Shown piece by piece: positions 55,337-61,940 of a stretch of DNA of 64,000 bases. The notes under the pieces were generated by a model. That model had not been told where the DNA came from. It searched no databases and saw only the letters and a list, made by a program, of their open reading frames with translations. The number at the start of each line of letters is the position of its first letter. Within the stretch, counting starts at the first letter, position 1. The stretch covers positions 7,429 through 71,428 of the forward strand of contig JANNSK010000097.1 of assembly GCA_031402515.1 (NCBI GenBank), in the 5' to 3' direction. Both the position numbers and the translations under genes were made by a program. This stretch comes from Alphaproteobacteria bacterium (GTDB lineage Bacteria > Pseudomonadota > Alphaproteobacteria > Rickettsiales > UBA3002).

Positions 55337-56689
55337 ATGAGCGCAGCGAAAATCATCGCCATTATCGGCCGGCCGAACGTGGGTAAATCCACGCTCTTTA
55401 ACCGGCTTGTGGGCAAAAAAATGGCGCTGGTCGACGACCAGCCCGGTGTCACGCGCGATCGCCGCTACGCGAAAGCCGAGCTCGCCGGGATGAAATTCGA
55501 CATTATCGATACGGCGGGGATGGAAGAAAAAGCGCCCGACACACTCACCGCGCGCATGATGAATCAAACACGCGAAGCCATCAAAGAAGCCGACATCATT
55601 TTGTTCATGGTCGATGCGCGCGCGGGCGTGACTCCGGCGGATGAATCGTTCGCCCGCCTGCTGCACCAAAGCGGCAAACCCATCGTGCTCACCGTCAACA
55701 AGGCCAAAGGCCGCGCCGGGACCAACGTCATGGGTGAAATCTATGCCTTGGGCTTTGAAAATCTTGCGCTCATCTCCGCCGAGCATGGCGAAGGCATGGG
55801 CGATTTGTTCGATGCGCTTTCGCCATTGATTGGCCAGGATCAGGCCGACATCGACGAAGGCGAGAAGCCGCTAAAAATCACGATTCTAGGAAGGCCCAAC
55901 GCCGGCAAGTCCACGCTGGTCAACGCGCTGCTCGGTGAGGATCGCTTGCTGACCAGCCCGGAGGCGCACACCACGCGCGACGCCATCGCCGTGCGGTTCG
56001 AGCATAACGGCAAGCCGGTCGAAATCGTCGATACCGCAGGCATGCGCAAACGCGCCAATATGCAAGGCAAGGTGGAGCATCTGGCCGTCGCCGATTCCAT
56101 CCGCGCCATGCAATTCGCCGAAATCGTCATCGTGCTGATCGACGCCACCGCGCCGCTCGAGAAGCAGGACGCGAACATTGCATCGCTGGTGGAGCGCGAA
56201 GGCCGCGCCTGTGTGATCGGCGTGAATAAATGGGATCTCGTCACCGGCGATAAAAAAGTCTGGATGGAGGAATTCAAATACCAGCTAAGCAAACATTTGT
56301 TCCAGATGGCGGGCGTCACCGTGGTGCCGATCTCCGCCTCGCGGGGCAAGGGCCTCGACACACTCATCGACGCCTGTTTTGCCGCGCGCGATGTGTGGGA
56401 ATCGCGCGTATCGACGCCGGACCTCAATAACTGGCTGGAGGGTATGCTGGGCGCCCACACCACGCCGATGATCCGTGGCCGTCGCCTCAAAATCAAATAC
56501 ATGACGCAGGTGAAAACGCGGCCGCCGACATTCCAACTTTTCTGCAATATGTCGCGCGAATTCCCCGATGCCTATCTGCGCTACCTCGTCGCCGGCATCC
56601 GCAAAACCTTCGCCATGGAAGGCACACCGATTCGCACTATCCTCAAAGTCAGCAACAACCCGTTCGAGAAGAAAAAGAAGAAAAAATGA
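55337..56689 (+). CDS. der: ribosome-biogenesis GTPase Der (EngA)
   Basis: Two tandem GTPase domains (GRPNVGKST twice, DTAG twice, NK.D) plus a KH-like C-terminus. The ATG at 55337 is preferred. Confidence 0.95.
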   Translation: MSAAKIIAIIGRPNVGKSTLFNRLVGKKMALVDDQPGVTRDRRYAKAELAGMKFDIIDTAGMEEKAPDTLTARMMNQTREAIKEADIILFMVDARAGVTPADESFARLLHQSGKPIVLTVNKAKGRAGTNVMGEIYALGFENLALISAEHGEGMGDLFDALSPLIGQDQADIDEGEKPLKITILGRPNAGKSTLVNALLGEDRLLTSPEAHTTRDAIAVRFEHNGKPVEIVDTAGMRKRANMQGKVEHLAVADSIRAMQFAEIVIVLIDATAPLEKQDANIASLVEREGRACVIGVNKWDLVTGDKKVWMEEFKYQLSKHLFQMAGVTVVPISASRGKGLDTLIDACFAARDVWESRVSTPDLNNWLEGMLGAHTTPMIRGRRLKIKYMTQVKTRPPTFQLFCNMSREFPDAYLRYLVAGIRKTFAMEGTPIRTILKVSNNPFEKKKKKK

Positions 56690-57621
56690 CCGCCGCCGCC
56701 ATTCGCATATCGCAACTGAAGAAAACCTATCAGGACCGCAAAACCGGTGAGGCGAAGGTGGCGCTCAAGGGCGTTGATCTTACCATTCCCAAAGGCTCGT
56801 TCTTTGGCCTGCTGGGGCCGAACGGTGCGGGCAAATCGACGATGATTAACGTCATGGCGGGGACGGTGGTAAAAACGTCCGGCACCGTCGAGATCATGGG
56901 CCACGATATCGATACGGAAAACCGCAGCGCCAAACTGTCGATCGGTGTGGTGCCGCAGGAGCTGATTCTCGATACGTTCTTCACCGTGCGTCAGGCGCTC
57001 GAAATTACCGCGGGTTATTACGGCATTCCCAAAGCCAAACGCCGCACGGACGAAATCATCACCGTCATGGGCCTCGCCGATAAGGCGGACGTGCCCTCGC
57101 GCCGTTTATCGGGCGGGATGCGGCGCAGGCTGCTCATCGGTAAAGCCCTTGTCCATAACCCGCCGGTGCTGATTCTCGATGAGCCGACTGCGGGGGTCGA
57201 TGTCGAACTCCGCCGCTCGCTTTGGGAATATGTGAAAAAGCTCAACAAACAAGGCACGACGATTCTGCTCACCACCCATTACCTCGAGGAAGCTGAGGAA
57301 TTGTGCGACGAAATCGCCATCATCAACCACGGCGACATCATTGCCCGCGACAAAAAACGCGCCCTCATGCGCGGCATCGACAGCAAGGAAGTCTTCTTCA
57401 CCTTCGACAAACCGCTTTCGGAAGTGCCCACTGGCCTTGCCGATATGCAGGCATCCGTCCGCGACGGCTATTTGGTTGTGAAATACCAGCCGAGCTTAGC
57501 TGCGATGGAGGAAATCCTCGCCCGCGTGAAAGCCGCCGGCCTCACCATCCACGACATCTCGACCAAAGAAGTCGACCTCGAGGATTTGTTTGTGTCGCTT
57601 ACGTCGGGCAAGGCGGCTTAG
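56686..57621 (+). CDS. ABC transporter ATP-binding protein (ABC-2/DrrA-like)
   Basis: Walker A GPNGAGKST, signature LSGGMRRR, and Walker B ILDEPT. No permease gene is adjacent. Confidence 0.85.
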   Translation: MTAAAIRISQLKKTYQDRKTGEAKVALKGVDLTIPKGSFFGLLGPNGAGKSTMINVMAGTVVKTSGTVEIMGHDIDTENRSAKLSIGVVPQELILDTFFTVRQALEITAGYYGIPKAKRRTDEIITVMGLADKADVPSRRLSGGMRRRLLIGKALVHNPPVLILDEPTAGVDVELRRSLWEYVKKLNKQGTTILLTTHYLEEAEELCDEIAIINHGDIIARDKKRALMRGIDSKEVFFTFDKPLSEVPTGLADMQASVRDGYLVVKYQPSLAAMEEILARVKAAGLTIHDISTKEVDLEDLFVSLTSGKAA

Positions 57622-57656
57622 AACCGCTAATTGTCATCAAATCTTCACACAAAGCA

Positions 57657-57678
57657 CCCCCCCCCCCCGTGGTATACT
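57657..57678 (+). promoter_or_regulatory. poly-C(12) tract abutting an extended -10 (TGgTATACT)
   Basis: C12 at 57657-57668, TG at 57670-57671, and TATACT at 57673-57678. This is about 55 nt upstream of the ATG at 57733. Confidence 0.5.
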
Positions 57679-57732
57679 GAGCTTGTTGGTAGTAGAGCCG
57701 ACAAGCGTTTTAACAAAACAGGGAGCAAGCCA

Positions 57733-58137
57733 ATGGCTAATATAAAAACTGACGAAACCAATCAACCGAACATGCAAGAAGCAATTCGGAATTTTTCGAT
57801 TTCCAAACAGGATGCGGTGACAAATGGTCAAAAAATGATTGATGAACTCGATGCGCTCGACGGTGCCAAGGATGAAGTTATCAGGCCAGCATTGGCCGTT
57901 GACGCTTTGCATAAGCGATACGGTGTGCCGAAAGACCCAAACGAAAAGACTATACCGGCGAATGTTGTGATACCAGTTGCGCTTGCGACGGATGTGATGC
58001 GTAAAGTAATAGACCTTCTTGACCATGATAAGGACGAAAAAATCAGTGGCGATGAGATGCTAAATCCGCCGCCATCCGTGGTGAAGTCGCTCGAAGAACT
58101 CAAAAAAACCGTTCCAGGCTCGGAATACCTGAAATAA
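57733..58137 (+). CDS. hypothetical protein with a canonical EF-hand calcium-binding loop
   Basis: GGGAG ribosome-binding site. The loop DHDKDEKISGDE fits D-x-D-x-D-x-x-I-x-x-x-E. The gene is AT-richer than its flanks. Confidence 0.55.
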   Translation: MANIKTDETNQPNMQEAIRNFSISKQDAVTNGQKMIDELDALDGAKDEVIRPALAVDALHKRYGVPKDPNEKTIPANVVIPVALATDVMRKVIDLLDHDKDEKISGDEMLNPPPSVVKSLEELKKTVPGSEYLK

Positions 58138-58146
58138 AGGGACGAC

Positions 58147-58788
58147 TTACCCTCCGATTTCCACCATCACCTCGTTGCGGCGGAAGAAAGGTAATGTCCA
58201 TGGCGGGTTGTAAAAGGCCAGCGTCGGGCTGCCGCGCGGGCGCAGTTTATTGACCTTCACATACTCCGCCAACGCTTCCATATTTTTGGCAATACGCGCT
58301 TCATTTGCGGTACCGGAGAAGCGAATCACGGCAAATCGATGCGCGGGAATTGTCTTCAGCTTCACCGCTGTATTGTTCGGCTTCGGCAGGGTTTTCAGGG
58401 TGTAGCTTGAAGGCATCACGAAGCGCACCTTCCACTCGCCCTCAGCGCTTGCTTGTTGGATAACCGGTGCCGTCATCGCGATTTTCTCGGACTGCTGGGT
58501 AACGGGTGCGGTCATTGCCACTTTTGCTGACGCGGTATTGTCGCCGAAAATGTAACCGGCAATGGTGCGGAACCCTTCCTTGATGGCAATCTCGCGCTCA
58601 CCTTTCACGGTTGTCTCAGCGATAATCGCGGGCTCATAGCGGCGCAACTCGATATTGCCCTCCGCCTTCTCGACGGTGTATTTCGCCTGCTCCACGCGGC
58701 TGGCAAGTGGCCCCCAGGCGATGATGGCAATCAGCGCGACGGCAACAACGATCCAGATCATTTTTTTGTTTCCTTTGGCAGTCTTCAT
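58147..58788 (-). CDS. SOUL heme-binding family protein
   Basis: N-terminal TM or signal segment followed by SOUL/HBP-like sequence (YEPAIIAET.V.G....A...GFR.IAGYIFG.N). The ATG at 58788 is used because the longer ORF would overlap the tRNA. Confidence 0.7.
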   Translation of the reverse strand: MKTAKGNKKMIWIVVAVALIAIIAWGPLASRVEQAKYTVEKAEGNIELRRYEPAIIAETTVKGEREIAIKEGFRTIAGYIFGDNTASAKVAMTAPVTQQSEKIAMTAPVIQQASAEGEWKVRFVMPSSYTLKTLPKPNNTAVKLKTIPAHRFAVIRFSGTANEARIAKNMEALAEYVKVNKLRPRGSPTLAFYNPPWTLPFFRRNEVMVEIGG

Positions 58789-58911
58789 GTGGGTCTCCAT
58801 CCTAAGTTTTACCAGTCCCCCTACGCTAAAGCTTCGGGCGACACTCCTTCGCTCTAACGGTTTCAGGTGTCTGACTGGCGTCAGCCACCCGAAGCCCGTA
58901 AGGGCGAAGGG

Positions 58912-58988
58912 TGGCGCACCCGATTGGAGTCGAACCAACAACCTTTGCCTTCGGAGGGCAACACTCTATCCAGTTGAGCTACGGGTGC
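58912..58988 (-). tRNA. tRNA-Arg (anticodon CCG)
   Basis: 77 nt folded by hand: acceptor GCACCCG/CGGGTGC, D-arm GCTC..GAGT, anticodon stem TTGCC/GGCAA with loop CTCCGAA, T-arm GTTGG-TTCGACT-CCAAT, discriminator G, encoded CCA. Confidence 0.9.
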
Positions 58989-59038
58989 GCGCGAGGAGCG
59001 TCATACAGGGCCACGGGGGGCTTGGCCAAGTTTTTTCA

Positions 59039-59115
59039 ACCAGCCAACAGCCAACAGCTTATAGCCGGGCTGAGCCACTTGCACGGCGGAGCTATAGGCT
59101 GTAGGCTCAAGGCCC
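59039..59115. repeat. inverted heptamer-array hairpin, unit GCCAACA/GCTGTAG
   Basis: accagccaacagccaacagcttatagcc ... ggagctataggctgtaggctcaaggcc. It ends at the ATG of pilin-like paralogue 2. Confidence 0.85.
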
Positions 59116-59874
59116 ATGAATTCCCGCTCCGCCTTTACCCTAGTCGAACTCGCCATCGTGCTGACGGTGATTGGTTTGCTCATCGGCGGGATTATGGCGG
59201 GAAGGGCGCTTTTATCCAACGCGGGCACTTCCGCGGTGATTTCGGATATCGAAAAATACTCCTCGGCGGTGAATGGCTTTTTCACCAAATACGAGGTGCT
59301 CCCCGGTGACATGAAAAACGCCACTGATTACTGGGGCACCGATAGCAATGGCTGCCCGACCAGCGCCGTTTATACGCCGCGCACCGATACCTGCAACGGC
59401 GACGGCAACGGCCAGCTGGGCAATAGCAATCCCGAACTCTTCCACGCCTGGCAACATCTCGCCAATGCGGGTTTTGTCAGCGGCGCCTTCAGCGGGGTGA
59501 CGGGGGCGGATGGCGCGACGGATGCTTCCGTCGGTGAAAACGTGCCGCCGGCGCGCGTGGAGGGGGCAGGGTTCGCCTTCGCGCCCTATCTCGGCAACGG
59601 CTATGCGGGCGATGCCAACCGCTATGCGGGCGATTACGGCAATGCCACGCTCGTCTATGGCGGCGAAGACGGCACGAACTCGCTGACGAACAACGTGCTC
59701 ACCCCGCCTGAAGCATGGAATATCGACACCAAGCTCGATAACGGGCTGCCGGGCTCGGGCCGCATCATGCCCTTCATCGGCGCCGGTCACACGAACTGCG
59801 CGGCTTCCGCCACCGCGTATAATATCGACTATGACAGCGCCGCCTGTGCACTGCTGGTGAATATCACCAATTAA
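59116..59874 (+). CDS. type IV pilin-like protein (prepilin-type N-terminal cleavage/methylation domain), paralogue 2
   Basis: MNSRSA|FTLVELAIVLTVIGLLIGG and a C-terminal Cys pair. It is a paralogue of 37287-38072. Confidence 0.75.
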   Translation: MNSRSAFTLVELAIVLTVIGLLIGGIMAGRALLSNAGTSAVISDIEKYSSAVNGFFTKYEVLPGDMKNATDYWGTDSNGCPTSAVYTPRTDTCNGDGNGQLGNSNPELFHAWQHLANAGFVSGAFSGVTGADGATDASVGENVPPARVEGAGFAFAPYLGNGYAGDANRYAGDYGNATLVYGGEDGTNSLTNNVLTPPEAWNIDTKLDNGLPGSGRIMPFIGAGHTNCAASATAYNIDYDSAACALLVNITN

Positions 59875-59924
59875 GCTCTGCCAAGCGCGCTTGCCTGATA
59901 AAATGTTCTCTGTCAGGTTGAGGC

Positions 59925-61172
59925 ATGCGTCGTGAGTCACAGCTAACACCTGTTATCCTCGCCGGTGGCGAGGGCAGGCGATTGGCGCCGATTACCAGCC
60001 CCGACCGCGCCAAACCCTTTATTCCGTTGCCCGACGGCAGGAGCCTGCTCACCAAGACCTGCGAACGGGTGAATGCGCCCGGTATATTCGCGCCGCCTGT
60101 CATCGTCGGGCAGGAATCCGCGAGGTTTTCACTACTGAACCATGCGCGCGATGCCGGCGTTACGCCGCAACCCATTCTGCTTGAGCCAAAGGTCAATAAT
60201 ACGGCGATGGCGGTCGCTGTAGCGGCCGCTTACGCCCTGCAAACCAACCCCGATGCCGTGCTCGCCATCCTGCCCGCCGATCACGCGATTGAGCCTGCCG
60301 AGCGTTGGCGCGACACGGTGGCGCGCGCGGCTGAGGCTTCCGTCACGGCCCAGAAAATCTGCCTGCTGGCGGTGAAACCGGAGCATCCCAGCCCCGAATA
60401 CGGCTATATGGCGCTTAAAAACGAAGGTTTGTGGTATCGGGTCGAGCGCTTCATCGAAAAACCCAAAGAGCCGGAAATGCTGCTTGCCGCCAATGGTGGC
60501 GCGTTGCGTTGGGCATGGAACGCGGGCCAGTTCGTCGCACCCGCGCGCGTCTTTGCGGAAGCATTCGCGGTGCAGGCAGCGGCGATTTGGTTGGCGGCGC
60601 AAAATGCGGTCGTGCGGGCGCGGTCGGAGTGGGAATTTACCCTGCTTGATGCAGGCGCTTACATAGGGCTAGAGCCAATTTCCTTCGATCGTGCCGTCCT
60701 CGAAAAAATCCCATCCATCGCCTGCACGCTTGAAACATCCTGGCGTGATTTAGGCACGATTGCCGCATGGGAGTCCTACACCGGCATGTTGGCTGCAGCC
60801 TTCACACAATCGCCCCTGCGTAACGATCGCCCATGGGGATATTTTGAACTCATCGCTCGCGACGCCCACCGCGTAGAAAAACAGCTTGTCATCTATCCTG
60901 GATGCCGTCTTTCCCGCCAATGCCATCGGTTGCGTAGCGAGCAATGGGAAATTATCGGTGGCATTGCCCATATAGAGCTTGATGATGAGCAGATTATTTT
61001 ACAAGCGGGCGATACCATTACCATCTCACCCTATCGCTGGCATCGGCTGGCCAATAAAGAAGAAAAACTATTAATTATTAATGAGGTACAGTGGGGCGCT
61101 CCCGACGAAAATGACATAGAACGCAGTGATGATGATTATGGAAGATTAAAATATCTTATAACAGTGCTGTAA
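59925..61172 (+). CDS. mannose-1-phosphate guanylyltransferase-like protein with C-terminal cupin
   Basis: N-terminal ILAGGEGRRL.P.T....KPF (nucleotidyltransferase) and a C-terminal cupin (W..I.G.A......I.L..GD...I....WHRL.N). The last ~110 nt are AT-rich. Confidence 0.7.
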   Translation: MRRESQLTPVILAGGEGRRLAPITSPDRAKPFIPLPDGRSLLTKTCERVNAPGIFAPPVIVGQESARFSLLNHARDAGVTPQPILLEPKVNNTAMAVAVAAAYALQTNPDAVLAILPADHAIEPAERWRDTVARAAEASVTAQKICLLAVKPEHPSPEYGYMALKNEGLWYRVERFIEKPKEPEMLLAANGGALRWAWNAGQFVAPARVFAEAFAVQAAAIWLAAQNAVVRARSEWEFTLLDAGAYIGLEPISFDRAVLEKIPSIACTLETSWRDLGTIAAWESYTGMLAAAFTQSPLRNDRPWGYFELIARDAHRVEKQLVIYPGCRLSRQCHRLRSEQWEIIGGIAHIELDDEQIILQAGDTITISPYRWHRLANKEEKLLIINEVQWGAPDENDIERSDDDYGRLKYLITVL

Positions 61173-61681
61173 ACAAAGATTAATTATAAATATCGTAAAA
61201 GAGGAAAATATTGCCTAATTATTGTATTATATATATTTATTAGTTTGTTCATGCTAATTTATACAAAGACTTTCTGTTATATTGATCTGCTGTTCTATAG
61301 CGATCGTTATTAGAGGAAAATATAGGCAAGATAAATAAGGAAATGCCCACCAGTCTCCTCTCGAAAGAACAAAAATCATCCCCCTGATTTTATATTTCGT
61401 GCCCGATAGATTGGGGTTTCACGCGGCGCGTCGGAGAAAAAACGAAGCGTGGGATAACTTTGTGCGTGAGCTGTGCATAGTTGAATAATCCGCGCATTTG
61501 CTTGATTTGTACGCGTTATTCGGTTCGGCTAATCCACCGAGATTTCCTCATTGACGCCACGCACTAAAAGACTAGCCTCGGCGCCTGTTTTAAATCTTGC
61601 GGGGATGTCTGGGCATGCGGTCAGGCGGGTTGTCGGATGGCCTGACCGTCCCGATTTGTCGTCGCATGGCTTAGATTAGGA

Positions 61682-61697
61682 CTACTATATATAGTGA
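61682..61697. promoter_or_regulatory. NrdR-box-like palindrome upstream of nrdA
   Basis: ctaCTATATATAGtga against the consensus acaCwAtATaTwGtgt. The core ACTATATATAGT is a perfect palindrome. It lies about 245 nt upstream of the nrdA ATG. Confidence 0.4.
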
Positions 61698-61940
61698 TAG
61701 CGCGGAATCGGCAAATAGGGGGTGTAGGGCAGGGGTGTTCACGTAAGGTTATTTGTTTAATGGGCTGTAATTTAACAATTAAAATCATTTCAAGAAATTT
61801 TTTATGATGATTCTGCAATTTTGCCACTGGACAGCGATACCACAAGATGTAGTATCGGCTCCCTGCACGCCGAAAACTACGAATTTCTCTCCTCGCGCGT
61901 GCCAAACAGGGTTCAACATAAAAAAATTAAGGGGTGTGCG

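Noticed and set aside
56686-57621. ABC ATPase without an adjacent permease as a possible novel system component
   Set aside because: Orphan ABC-2-type ATPases are common, the partner may be encoded elsewhere, and nothing else in the sequence context supports a special role.
2842-59115. Whether the heptamer arrays or GC-rich repeats could be CRISPR arrays
   Set aside because: There are no series of 25-40-nt direct repeats separated by unique spacers. The arrays are 7-nt units in inverted pairs, and no cas genes are present.
2842-59115. Whether the heptamer hairpins are assembly, synthetic or vector artefacts
   Set aside because: Each locus has its own imperfect pairing pattern (mismatches, G:U pairs, unequal arm lengths). 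Several are read in frame within conserved genes without disrupting them. They respect stop and start codon boundaries. All of this looks evolved rather than artefactual, but it can only be finally settled with raw reads.
57630-61400. Genomic island integrated at tRNA-Arg(CCG)
   Set aside because: Accessory-looking, AT-richer genes lie on both sides of the tRNA. However, I found no direct repeat of the tRNA 3' end, no integrase, and no clear island boundary.
61380-61940. Cobalamin riboswitch upstream of the ribonucleotide reductase
   Set aside because: I found no B12-box-like (..GCCACTG..) or conserved GGTG...AATCC core sequences by eye. In addition, the enzyme is class I (NrdA-like), not the B12-dependent NrdJ. 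An Infernal scan would be decisive.
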